From: an uncultured Flavobacteriales bacterium
GTDB lineage: Bacteria > Bacteroidota > Bacteroidia > Flavobacteriales > Flavobacteriaceae
Length of the DNA stretch: 64,000 nt
Reading direction: 5' to 3'
NCBI GenBank assembly: GCA_913063255.1
Contig: CAJXYJ010000002.1
Span: 7,069-71,068, forward strand
Shown here: one piece after another, positions 49,842 through 59,990 of the stretch
Numbering within the stretch: the first letter of the stretch is position 1
Layout: every line of letters starts with the position of its first letter
Translations under genes and position numbers: made by a program
The notes under the pieces: model-generated
The model's database searches: none
What the model was told of the DNA's origin: nothing
Seen by the model: only the letters and a program-made list of their open reading frames with translations

Positions 49842-51683
49842 ATGAAAAACCTATACATTCTCCTCATTACATTATTTGTATTTACTTATTGTAATGCTCA
49901 AATAGTAGATATTCCTGATGAAATTTTTAGAGAAATGTTAGTCAATTACCCTGTAGTTGACACAGATGGAGATGATATAGGGGATAGTGATGCAGATACT
50001 AATAATGACGGAGAAATACAGGTAAGTGAGGCTGAAGCAGTAGAATGGTTAGATGTTAGTAGCCCTTTTGATTTAGGATTAAGTTATATAAACTCATTAG
50101 TTGGAATAGAAAGTTTTATAAACCTAAAAAAGTTAGATTGTGAGATAAATGGATTGGAAAACTTAGATGTCACTCAACTATCTAGCCTTGAGTATTTAAA
50201 TTGTAGAGGTAATGTATTAACAGATTTAAATGTAAGCCAAAATCCAAATTTAACTTTTTTATGGTGTACAAGTAATGAATTAACTGAATTAAATGTTACT
50301 CAAAATTCAAATCTTGACTTTTTAAAATGCTCAAGTAACCTATTAACAGAATTAGATATTAGTCAAAATCCAAATTTGAAATCTTTAGCTTTTGTAAGTA
50401 ATCAAATTTCTACAATTGATATATCTCAAAATTTACTGTTGGAATTATTAATGATTGGAAATAACCAGATTTCAAATATTGATTTAACACAACATACTAA
50501 TATTACTACTTTAACTTGTTATAGAAATGAGTTAACTGAATTGGATATATCTCAAAATTTAAATTTATTAGAGATTGATTTTTCTTGGAACCCTATTTCT
50601 AATATTGATTTTTCTCAAAATTTATTATTATTAAAAATTAGGGGAAGTGTAACTAACATCTCAACCTTAGATGTAACAAATAATCCTGAATTATATTATC
50701 TGGGGTTTGGTGGAACTAATATTACAACTTTAGATGTTAGTCAAAATTCAGAATTACTATTTTTATATGTTTCAAATAATTACCTTACACATATAGATTT
50801 ATCTCAGAATATCAATTTAACCAATATCAAAGTAGACGATAATTTACTAACGAGTTTAAATTTACAAAATGGGAATAACTCCAATTTTTCAAGAATGACT
50901 TCTTTAAATAATCCCAGTTTATCTTGTATTCAAGTGGATGATGTAGCATATTCTAATGCCCAAGAATGTATAATTGAGCCAACAATAATAACAGGCTGGT
51001 GTATAGATGATTGGACAAGTTTTAGTGAAGATTGCCCAGAACCATTTGTATACATTCCAGATACTAATTTTTTAAATGCATTAGTAAATACTAATTGTGC
51101 AGATTTAGATGGTAATGGAACCATTGATTCAGATGCAGACATTAATGATGATGGGCAAATACAAATGAGTGAAGCTGAAGCCGTTTATGGATTATATGTC
51201 AGTAACAATGATATATCTTCATTGGAAGGTGTTCAGAACTTTATAAATTTAACAAGCTTAGATTGTAGTGTAAATCAATTAGCTAGTTTAAATATTAGTA
51301 ATGGTAATAATATAAACATTACGAATTTCAATGCAGTTGAAAATACAGAGTTAAATTGTATTGAAGTAGATGATGTAGATTATGCAAATAATGCACCAAA
51401 TTGGTTTAAGGATAATTGGGCAGCATATAGTGAAGAATGTATTTTAGGTCTAGAAGATAATACCCAAATTAGTTTTACAATATATCCCAACCCAACTCAA
51501 GATATATTGTTTATTGAAACTCAACAACCAATAGAATCTATAAAAACCTACAACTTACAAGGGCAGCAAATAAAAGAGGGTACCAGTAATAGTTTAGATG
51601 TTTCTCAACTTACTCATGGACTATACTTTGTGCAAATTGTTATAGATGAGCAAAGCCTTACTAAAAAATTTATCAAAGAATAA
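49842..51683 (+). CDS. Leucine-rich-repeat T9SS substrate with duplicated D-rich cap
   Basis: LD.SQN..L..L....N.L repeats; 2x DAD.N.DG.IQ.SEAEAV; YPNPT...KKFIKE. Confidence 0.9.
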   Translation: MKNLYILLITLFVFTYCNAQIVDIPDEIFREMLVNYPVVDTDGDDIGDSDADTNNDGEIQVSEAEAVEWLDVSSPFDLGLSYINSLVGIESFINLKKLDCEINGLENLDVTQLSSLEYLNCRGNVLTDLNVSQNPNLTFLWCTSNELTELNVTQNSNLDFLKCSSNLLTELDISQNPNLKSLAFVSNQISTIDISQNLLLELLMIGNNQISNIDLTQHTNITTLTCYRNELTELDISQNLNLLEIDFSWNPISNIDFSQNLLLLKIRGSVTNISTLDVTNNPELYYLGFGGTNITTLDVSQNSELLFLYVSNNYLTHIDLSQNINLTNIKVDDNLLTSLNLQNGNNSNFSRMTSLNNPSLSCIQVDDVAYSNAQECIIEPTIITGWCIDDWTSFSEDCPEPFVYIPDTNFLNALVNTNCADLDGNGTIDSDADINDDGQIQMSEAEAVYGLYVSNNDISSLEGVQNFINLTSLDCSVNQLASLNISNGNNINITNFNAVENTELNCIEVDDVDYANNAPNWFKDNWAAYSEECILGLEDNTQISFTIYPNPTQDILFIETQQPIESIKTYNLQGQQIKEGTSNSLDVSQLTHGLYFVQIVIDEQSLTKKFIKE

Positions 51684-51689
51684 GAATAG

Positions 51690-53330
51690 ATGAAAATATT
51701 TCAAAGCATAAAAAATAGAAGCTTTATTTCTAAAATTATTATAATGAATTCTAAGATTTTTACCTTTTATAGCCTAGTATTATTCCTTGTTTTAGGACTA
51801 AACTCCTGCAGTAGCGATAGCGATACTAATGAAGAACAAGAAACTGTTATTACTGTAGGCACATCAGACTTTGCAACTACGATTAATGAGAACCCTGTAA
51901 ATGGAGAGGCAATAGGTACAGTAGAAGGAACGACTAACCAAGGAAGTGTTGCTTTCTCAATAGTAGAGCAAATACCTAATGGCGCTTTTGCTATTAATAG
52001 TAGTACAGGTGAATTAACGGTAACAGATATTGCCATTTTTAATTATGAAGTGAATACTTCTGTTTCAGGAATTGTTAAAGTTGTTAATGGTTCTGTATTT
52101 GAGAATGCAACTATAAATATTTCAATAGTTGATGTAGAGGAATCTGCAACCTGTGAGGGACCAATTTTTTTAACAACTCAAGAAGAGGTTAATGCATTTG
52201 GGGCTTTAGGTTGTACAACCATAAATGGGGATTTAATAATTGCTTCTGTTGATAATCCTTCCAATTCTATCATAGACCTTTCTCCAATAGCTGGAATTAC
52301 GACCCTAAATGGCTGGTTAATGATTCATTGGAATATGACCTTAACTAGCATAGAAGCGCTTGGTAGCATAACGACACTAACAGGGGGGATAGAAGTTCTT
52401 TCCAACCCTATGTTAGAAAGTCTCCATGGTTTCGAGGGATTGACAACAGTAGATAGTTCAACATTTAGGATAGAGAAAAATAACTCTTTAACAAATTTAG
52501 AAGGGCTAAACAATTTAGAAGTGGTAAATGGACAGTTTTTTATTTTTGATAATAATTCATTAACAAGTTTAAATGGTCTTGAAAGTATACAGCAAATAAA
52601 CTTTTTAAATATTGTTTCGAATGAAAATTTAGTAGAAATTGAAGCTTTACACCTAATAACAAATTTTTCAGCTGGATTGCGAATAGATAACAATCCTAGT
52701 TTAATTTCTATAGAAGGGTTAAGGAATGTAACACAATTAGCAGCACTTGAAATTGATAATAACTCTACTCTTTTAAACCTTTATGGATTACATAATTTAA
52801 ATGCTATCGGTAATTTTCTAACAATATCTTTAAATGAATCCTTAAACGATATTTCGCAACTTAATTCTTTGACAGCTATTGGTGGTACCTTAGAAATACG
52901 AAGTAATTTATCACTCCAAAATCTGGAAGGGCTAAACAATCTCCAAAGTATTGGGAACAGTTTTAATATAATCTCCAATAACTCACTTTTAAATTTTGAA
53001 GGCATAAATAACCTTCAAAGTATTGGTGGTAATATTAGTATAAGACATAATAATTCCCTTTTGAATATTGATGCTTTAACAAATACACAAACTCTAGAAG
53101 GCACTTACTTACATATAGCTAATAATGAGAATTTATCTAATCTTAATGGTTTGGTTAATTTAAATATGAATAATTTATTTACAGATTTGAAGATATTAGA
53201 TAATATTCAGTTATCAGATTTATGTGGTTTAACTAATTTAATAAATTCAAATATTGATTTAATTCAAATCGAAGAAAATTTATATAATCCAACAGAACAA
53301 GACATCATTGATGGTAATTGTAGCCAATAA
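51690..53330 (+). CDS. Cadherin-like + LRR/L-domain lipoprotein (array member 1)
   Basis: LNSC lipobox, INENP.NG..IG, I..N..L.NL.GL.NL repeats, YNP..QDI.DGNCS end; start may be ATG 51744. Confidence 0.85.
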   Translation: MKIFQSIKNRSFISKIIIMNSKIFTFYSLVLFLVLGLNSCSSDSDTNEEQETVITVGTSDFATTINENPVNGEAIGTVEGTTNQGSVAFSIVEQIPNGAFAINSSTGELTVTDIAIFNYEVNTSVSGIVKVVNGSVFENATINISIVDVEESATCEGPIFLTTQEEVNAFGALGCTTINGDLIIASVDNPSNSIIDLSPIAGITTLNGWLMIHWNMTLTSIEALGSITTLTGGIEVLSNPMLESLHGFEGLTTVDSSTFRIEKNNSLTNLEGLNNLEVVNGQFFIFDNNSLTSLNGLESIQQINFLNIVSNENLVEIEALHLITNFSAGLRIDNNPSLISIEGLRNVTQLAALEIDNNSTLLNLYGLHNLNAIGNFLTISLNESLNDISQLNSLTAIGGTLEIRSNLSLQNLEGLNNLQSIGNSFNIISNNSLLNFEGINNLQSIGGNISIRHNNSLLNIDALTNTQTLEGTYLHIANNENLSNLNGLVNLNMNNLFTDLKILDNIQLSDLCGLTNLINSNIDLIQIEENLYNPTEQDIIDGNCSQ

Positions 53331-53339
53331 AAAAATAAT

Positions 53340-54419
53340 ATGAAAATTAAAAACATTACACTTTATAGTCTAGCCTTATTGCTAGTAATAGGATTCAACT
53401 CCTGTAGTAGCGATAATGACTCAAATGAAGAACAAGAAATTGTTATTACAGTAAACACAAATGATTTTACAGCTACTATAAATGAAAATCCAGTAAATGG
53501 ACAAGTAGTAGGTGCCGTAGAAGGGACCACCAATCAAGGAAGTGTTGTTTTTATAATTTCTGAACAAACTCCTGAGGGATCTTTTGAGATTGATGCCATA
53601 ACAGGGGAGATAACTGTTAGTGATGTAAGTATGTTTAATTTTGAAGTCAACTCAATTATTACCGGTATTGTAAAGGTTTTAAATGGAGATGTTTCTAAAG
53701 ATGCTTTAGTTACAATTACCCTTAATGATGTGGAAGAAGAAAATATTTATTATGGAGATATTGAACTAAAATCTCAGTTTGATGTTAATGAATTTGGTGC
53801 TAATAATTTTACCAATATATCGGGTAGTTTGCATATAAATTCATATTTCGGAAATGAAGAAACTATAATAACAGACCTAAGCCCATTAAATTCGATTAAA
53901 ACTGTAGGAAATCATTTCACTGTTTTCGGTTATGATATCCTTAATTTTGATGGTATAAATATAGAGTCCGTAGGAGGAAATATATTTATTAATTATTGTA
54001 CATCCTTGACAAATATTGATGGGCTATCCTCTATTACTTCAGTATTAGGTGGGCTAGAGTTAAGTTCTAATCCGTTAATTGTAAATGTTGATGGTTTAAA
54101 TAATATTAACTCTTTAGGAGGAGATTTAATTTTTAGCTCAAACGATAACCTTTCTAATATAGAGGGATTAAATAATTTGCAACATGTTGGTGGAAAACTT
54201 GGGTTTTACGGTGTTGATGATCTTTCTAACTTAGAAGAGCTAAATAATTTACAATATGTTGGCGGAGATATGACATTTTACGGTAATGACTTTCTATTTA
54301 ATTTTTGTGGTATAAGTTCTTTATTAATAAATAATGGATTGATTGGTGAATATAGAGCAGAAAATAATGCCTATAACCCTAGTCAACAAGACATCATAGA
54401 CGGAAATTGCAGCCTTTAA
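53340..54419 (+). CDS. Cadherin-like + LRR lipoprotein (member 2)
   Basis: Same architecture, fewest repeats. Confidence 0.85.
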   Translation: MKIKNITLYSLALLLVIGFNSCSSDNDSNEEQEIVITVNTNDFTATINENPVNGQVVGAVEGTTNQGSVVFIISEQTPEGSFEIDAITGEITVSDVSMFNFEVNSIITGIVKVLNGDVSKDALVTITLNDVEEENIYYGDIELKSQFDVNEFGANNFTNISGSLHINSYFGNEETIITDLSPLNSIKTVGNHFTVFGYDILNFDGINIESVGGNIFINYCTSLTNIDGLSSITSVLGGLELSSNPLIVNVDGLNNINSLGGDLIFSSNDNLSNIEGLNNLQHVGGKLGFYGVDDLSNLEELNNLQYVGGDMTFYGNDFLFNFCGISSLLINNGLIGEYRAENNAYNPSQQDIIDGNCSL

Positions 54420-54430
54420 TAATAATTAAA

Positions 54431-55882
54431 ATGAAAATAAAAAATCTTACACTTTTTAGTCTTCTAATATTTATAATCCTAGGTTTAAAATCTTGCAGTA
54501 GTGATAGCGATAATAATGAAGATCAAGAAACTGTCATTACCGTAAGCACCTCAGATTTTTCAATTGCTATAGATGAAAACCCAGAGAATGGAGAATTAAT
54601 AGGTACTGTAGAAGGTACTACAAATCAGGGTGGAATTACATTTGTAATTATTGAACAAGAACCTGAAGGAGCTCTGTCAGTAGATGCAATTAGTGGTGAA
54701 TTAACGGTTAATGACCCTAATTTATTTGATTATGAAACACAAGCAGAAATAACAGCTATTATTAAAGTAGCTAATGGTGCTGTATTTGAAAATTCAAATA
54801 TTGTAATTACATTAAATAATGTAAATGAAGAAAATGTATTTATTGGAGATGTGTTTTTTTTAACCCAACAGGAAGTAGATAATTTTGGAGCGAATCATTA
54901 TACTTCTATAACAGGATATTTGAGTATTGGCACTTTTAGTCCCACACCAAATACTTCTATTAATGATTTAAGCCCTTTAGCATCTTTAACTGCCATAGGA
55001 GGAAATTTAACAATATCTTCAAACGAAGCCTTAACAAATTTAGAGGGCTTAAATAATTTATCGGCAATAAGTGGAGGGATTAGAATTATTGACAATGAAA
55101 ATTTAATATCTATAAACGTATTTAATAATGTAAATTCAATTTCAGGTGAATTATTTATTACAATGAATGATAATTTGTTGAATCTTGATGGGTTAAATAA
55201 TATTACAACCATTGGAAATTCATTACTTATTCAAGATAATATGTCAATAATAAATATTAATGGGCTGAACAGCCTTACTACTATAGGTGAAAAAATATCA
55301 ATCACCTATAATGACTTATTATTAAACATAGATGGATTGAGCAATGTTGAGTATGTTGGAGTTGGCCCAGGTGGTTCTATTCAAATTAACAATAACCTTA
55401 GCCTTGAAAGCATTAATGGATTGCAAAATATAACAGCAGTTAACGGAGGGGTAAGTATTGGAGGTAATTCTTCTTTAATTAATCTACATGGTGTTGAAAA
55501 CATTACTTATATAGGTGGAATTTTAAGTATTTGGAATAATGCTTTAATTACTAGTATTAATGAATTAAATGGTATTTCTGCGATTGGGGATTCTTTTTAT
55601 ATTTCTGAAAATCCCGCTTTATTGAATTTTGATGGCTTACAAAATTTGACTTTTATTGAAAATGATTTAATTATTCAGCAAAACGAAGAGTTAACAAATC
55701 TTGATGGGTTAATTAACCTAAACACTGTGTCCTATTTAAAAGTGACCTTAAATGGTTCTTTAGTAGATTTCTGTGGGCTTAATAATTTAGTGATTAGTGA
55801 AAATATAAATACCTATCAAATTGGAGGAAATGCCTATAATCCAAGCCAACAAGACATTTTAGACGGGAATTGTAGCATATAA
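54431..55882 (+). CDS. Cadherin-like + LRR lipoprotein (member 3)
   Basis: Same architecture; start MKIKN at 54431. Confidence 0.85.
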   Translation: MKIKNLTLFSLLIFIILGLKSCSSDSDNNEDQETVITVSTSDFSIAIDENPENGELIGTVEGTTNQGGITFVIIEQEPEGALSVDAISGELTVNDPNLFDYETQAEITAIIKVANGAVFENSNIVITLNNVNEENVFIGDVFFLTQQEVDNFGANHYTSITGYLSIGTFSPTPNTSINDLSPLASLTAIGGNLTISSNEALTNLEGLNNLSAISGGIRIIDNENLISINVFNNVNSISGELFITMNDNLLNLDGLNNITTIGNSLLIQDNMSIININGLNSLTTIGEKISITYNDLLLNIDGLSNVEYVGVGPGGSIQINNNLSLESINGLQNITAVNGGVSIGGNSSLINLHGVENITYIGGILSIWNNALITSINELNGISAIGDSFYISENPALLNFDGLQNLTFIENDLIIQQNEELTNLDGLINLNTVSYLKVTLNGSLVDFCGLNNLVISENINTYQIGGNAYNPSQQDILDGNCSI

Positions 55883-55892
55883 AAAAATATTT

Positions 55893-57407
55893 ATGAAAAT
55901 TAAAAACATTACACTTTATAGTCTAGCCTTATTGCTAGTAATAGGATTCAACTCCTGCAGTAGCGATAGCGACTCTAATGAAGAACAAGAAATTGTTATT
56001 ACAGTAAACACAAATGATTTTACAGCTACTATAAATGAAAATCCAGTAAATGGACAAGTAGTAGGTGCCGTAGAGGGGACCACCAATCAAGGAAGTGTTG
56101 TTTTTACAATTTCGGAGCAAAATCCTGAGGGATCTTTTGAGATTGATGCAATAACAGGAGAGCTAAGCGTTAGTGATGTAAGTATGTTTAATTTTGAAAT
56201 CAACCCAATTATTACCGGTATAGTAAAGGTTTTAAATGGAGATGTTTCTAAAGATGCTTTAGTTACAATTACCCTAAATGATGTTTTGGAATCTAATATT
56301 TTTGAAGGAGATGTGAATTTGTTAACTCAAGAAGATGTTAACACTTTTGGAGCTGAAAATTATACAGAAATAACAGGGGATTTAGTAATTGGTAACTATG
56401 ATACTAATAGTGCTACAATTGTCGATTTAAGTCCATTACTATCCTTGCAATCGGTAAATAGTTTCTATATTTATAATGCAGAAGAATTAGTAAGTTTAGA
56501 GGGGCTAAATAATTTATCGTCTATTGAAATAATTCAATTAATGGGCAACACATCTTTAATAAGTATCGAAGCCCTAAGTGGACTATCATCAGTTGTTGCA
56601 TTTATTTCTATTCAAAATAACTCTTTACAAAATCTATTAGGTTTGCATAATATTTCTGGGACTATAACAACCCTAAGCATAAGATACAATTATGCATTGG
56701 ATAATGTGGATGCATTAAGTAATATTACATTGCTTACCGGTTCATTAACCATAGAATTTAATTCACAACTTACAAATTTAACTGGATTAAGTAACATCAC
56801 ATCCGTAGGATCTAGTCTTAGAATATTAGATAACCTATCTCTTCAAAACATTGATGGTTTAAGTGGTATAACTGAGGTAGGTTTAGGAAGTAACTCGGGA
56901 TTATCTATAAGCGGTAATGATTTAATTCAAAACCTCGATGGGATTAGTAATCTAACTCAAATTGGTGGAGGAATAGGAATTCAAAATAACGCATCATTAA
57001 CAAGTATTGATGGATTAAGTAATATTACAATCATTTCAGATTCCATAGGTATTTCATACAATAATGCCTTAACAAACCTTAATGGTTTACAAAACCTTAC
57101 TTCTATTGAAGATTTTTTCTATTTACAAAATAACGATTCTCTAAATGACATAAGTGCATTAAATAATTTAAGTGAAGTATATGATTTTAGAATTTCCAAC
57201 AATAGTTTACTTACGAATTTAGATGGTTTAGAGAATTTAAGTACCATTAATTATAGCTTATTTGTTTATAATAATTCTTTGCTTTCTAATTTTTGCAGTC
57301 TAGAAAATTTATTTGCAAACGGTAATCCTCCAAATATTTTCGAGACGACAGAGAATGCCTATAACCCTACTCATAATGATATGATAAATGGAGATTGTGG
57401 TAATTAA
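55893..57407 (+). CDS. Cadherin-like + LRR lipoprotein (member 4)
   Basis: First ~390 nt nearly identical to member 2. Confidence 0.85.
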   Translation: MKIKNITLYSLALLLVIGFNSCSSDSDSNEEQEIVITVNTNDFTATINENPVNGQVVGAVEGTTNQGSVVFTISEQNPEGSFEIDAITGELSVSDVSMFNFEINPIITGIVKVLNGDVSKDALVTITLNDVLESNIFEGDVNLLTQEDVNTFGAENYTEITGDLVIGNYDTNSATIVDLSPLLSLQSVNSFYIYNAEELVSLEGLNNLSSIEIIQLMGNTSLISIEALSGLSSVVAFISIQNNSLQNLLGLHNISGTITTLSIRYNYALDNVDALSNITLLTGSLTIEFNSQLTNLTGLSNITSVGSSLRILDNLSLQNIDGLSGITEVGLGSNSGLSISGNDLIQNLDGISNLTQIGGGIGIQNNASLTSIDGLSNITIISDSIGISYNNALTNLNGLQNLTSIEDFFYLQNNDSLNDISALNNLSEVYDFRISNNSLLTNLDGLENLSTINYSLFVYNNSLLSNFCSLENLFANGNPPNIFETTENAYNPTHNDMINGDCGN

Positions 57408-57429
57408 TAATTAAATAAAAATTTAATAA

Positions 57430-58413
57430 ATGATAAAAAAATATTTTATAAAAGCAAGTACGATGCTAAGTGTATTTTTAATAATACTAAGTTGCTCGTC
57501 TGATGATGATAGTTCAACACTACCAGTTGTAACGTCTAATTTCACTTCTAATTTTACGACAGTTTTTGAGACTGAAGAAATTAATTTTACGGATGAATCT
57601 TTAGGAGACCCAACAAGTTGGCAATGGACCTTTGAAGGAGGAAATCCATCCTCGTCAACAGATAAAAACCCGACAGTTCTTTATAACCAAAAAGGGATAT
57701 ATCAAGTTACTTTAATAGTGAATAATGGGGATTCTGAAGATGAAGAAATTAAATTTGATTTCATTACTGTTGAAGACGATTTACTTAGAGGCTTAGTAGG
57801 GAAATTTGATTTAGATGGAAACGGAGATGATTCTAGTTCTTATCAAAATAATGGTACTATAATCGGTAACGTACTACCTTCAGTAAATAGATTTGGAATG
57901 CAAAATTCTAGTATGTTATTTAATGATTGGCAAGGATATATTGATGCAGGTGATGCAACGGTATTAAACCTTACTTCTGAAATGTCAATCTCTGTTTGGA
58001 TAAAACCAGACGGAAATCAATTCTCTTGGGATGCAATAGTTAACAAATGGCAAAATACTGGAGGCGGTAGTATTGGTTGGGGATATTATTTGGGTTTAAA
58101 TCCCGATGGCCTCAATCTAAGATGGAATGTAACTAGCCAAACTATAGAAATGAATAGTGAAATTCCAACTCTTGAATGGACTCATATTGTAGTAACATTT
58201 GACCAAAATTACCTTAAGCTTTATATTAATGGGCAACTAGAAAATCAAGCTACAACCACAGGACCTTTGATTGAAACGAATGTTCCATTTAGAATTGGTT
58301 CACAAAGTGAATATGTTAATGGTACAGGAGGGTTTAATGGAGATATAGATGATGTTTATATTTATAACAGATCTCTTACAACGGTAGAAATTAATGAACT
58401 TTATAATAATTAG
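57430..58413 (+). CDS. PKD + LamG/concanavalin-like lipoprotein
   Basis: ILSC lipobox; FTDES.G.PTSWQWTFEGG (PKD); WTHIVVTFD...LYING, F.GDIDDV.IYNR.L (LamG). Confidence 0.88.
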   Translation: MIKKYFIKASTMLSVFLIILSCSSDDDSSTLPVVTSNFTSNFTTVFETEEINFTDESLGDPTSWQWTFEGGNPSSSTDKNPTVLYNQKGIYQVTLIVNNGDSEDEEIKFDFITVEDDLLRGLVGKFDLDGNGDDSSSYQNNGTIIGNVLPSVNRFGMQNSSMLFNDWQGYIDAGDATVLNLTSEMSISVWIKPDGNQFSWDAIVNKWQNTGGGSIGWGYYLGLNPDGLNLRWNVTSQTIEMNSEIPTLEWTHIVVTFDQNYLKLYINGQLENQATTTGPLIETNVPFRIGSQSEYVNGTGGFNGDIDDVYIYNRSLTTVEINELYNN

Positions 58414-58421
58414 ATAATACA

Positions 58422-59981
58422 ATGAAACACTTTTTAATTTTATTTTTGTCATTTATAATTTTTTCTTGCAGTAGTGACGACTCAAGTGATGTTATTACCG
58501 AAACAATTGTTTCTGCTTCAGATTTTTCAATTACTATAGATGAAAATCCAGAAAATGGACAAGTATTAGGTACTATAATCGGAACCACAAATCAAGGAGG
58601 AATTACCTATGTTATTACGCAACAAGAACCTGAAGGAGCTTTATCTGTTGATCCAATTAGTGGTGAATTAACGGTTAATAACCCTAATTTTTTCGATTTT
58701 GAAACGAATCCAATTATAACAGGGATTGTAAAAGTTGCAAATGGCTCTGTGTTTGAAAATTCAAATATTATAATTACTATTAATGACCTTGAAGAAGCAA
58801 ATGTATTTGAGGGTACTGTAGAGTTAATGACACAAGAAGAAGTTGAAAACTTTGGAGCCAATAATTATACACATATTTCAGGCAGATTACAAATTGGACT
58901 TTCAGTCTCTCCTAATACCTCCATTAATGATTTAAGTTCCTTAGAAAGTTTAACAACCATTGGGGAATCTTTATATATTTCATCCAATAATACACTAACC
59001 ACACTTAATGGATTGCAAAACATTGAATCTATTGGTGGATATTTACGTATTCTGCACAACGAAGTACTAACTACTATAGATGTATTCTCTAATGTGCAAC
59101 ATATTAATTTAGATTTAACGATTTATGATAACATTTTACTTAGCAGCCTTGCTGGTTTAGAGAATATAATAGATGTAAATTATATGTCGATTAATGGTAA
59201 TAACTCTTTATTAAATCTGGAAGGTCTTAATAGTATTACCAATATTAATGAAGGTATTGATATAGGTGGAAATAGTTCTTTGTTAAATTTAAACGGCTTA
59301 AGTAATTTGGGTCCAGTAACTAAGTCAATTAGTTTATATAATAATGTATCATTGACCAATATCAACGCGCTTAGTAGTATTACTGCAATTGAAGGATATT
59401 TAGCCATAAATAAAAACCCTAATTTAAATAATTTAAATGGTTTAAATAACCTTACTACAATAAGTGAAACATTAGGAATAGGCGAAAATGATTTAATTAC
59501 AAATCTTGATCCATTAAATAATTTGAGTATAGTAAACGGTCGAATTGGAATTGATTTCAATAATTCGCTTGCCAACATAGATGGATTAAATAATATTACA
59601 TCTTCTGTAGAATCTATTGTTATATCTCGAAATCCTGTATTAACCACTATAAGTGGTTTAAATAATATTAATACGGTTACTTATGAATTGTCTATTTGGA
59701 ATAATGATATTTTAACGAATCTTAATGGTTTAAATTCTATCACCTCAGTTGGTTCTCTTATAAAAATTAGGTCTAACAGTTCATTAAATAATGTGGATGG
59801 TTTAAATAACATTTTATATTTGGGTGGAAAATTAGAGATTAGATCTAATAGCATCCTAAGTAATTTATGTGGTATAAGTCCATTATTAGTAAATAATGGA
59901 TTGATGGGTGATTATATTGTACAAAGTAATGCCTATAATCCAAGCCAACAAGACATTTTAGACGGAAACTGTAGCATATAA
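58422..59981 (+). CDS. Cadherin-like + LRR lipoprotein (member 5)
   Basis: IFSC lipobox; cadherin part and C-terminus closest to member 3. Confidence 0.85.
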   Translation: MKHFLILFLSFIIFSCSSDDSSDVITETIVSASDFSITIDENPENGQVLGTIIGTTNQGGITYVITQQEPEGALSVDPISGELTVNNPNFFDFETNPIITGIVKVANGSVFENSNIIITINDLEEANVFEGTVELMTQEEVENFGANNYTHISGRLQIGLSVSPNTSINDLSSLESLTTIGESLYISSNNTLTTLNGLQNIESIGGYLRILHNEVLTTIDVFSNVQHINLDLTIYDNILLSSLAGLENIIDVNYMSINGNNSLLNLEGLNSITNINEGIDIGGNSSLLNLNGLSNLGPVTKSISLYNNVSLTNINALSSITAIEGYLAINKNPNLNNLNGLNNLTTISETLGIGENDLITNLDPLNNLSIVNGRIGIDFNNSLANIDGLNNITSSVESIVISRNPVLTTISGLNNINTVTYELSIWNNDILTNLNGLNSITSVGSLIKIRSNSSLNNVDGLNNILYLGGKLEIRSNSILSNLCGISPLLVNNGLMGDYIVQSNAYNPSQQDILDGNCSI

Positions 59982-59990
59982 AAGAATAAA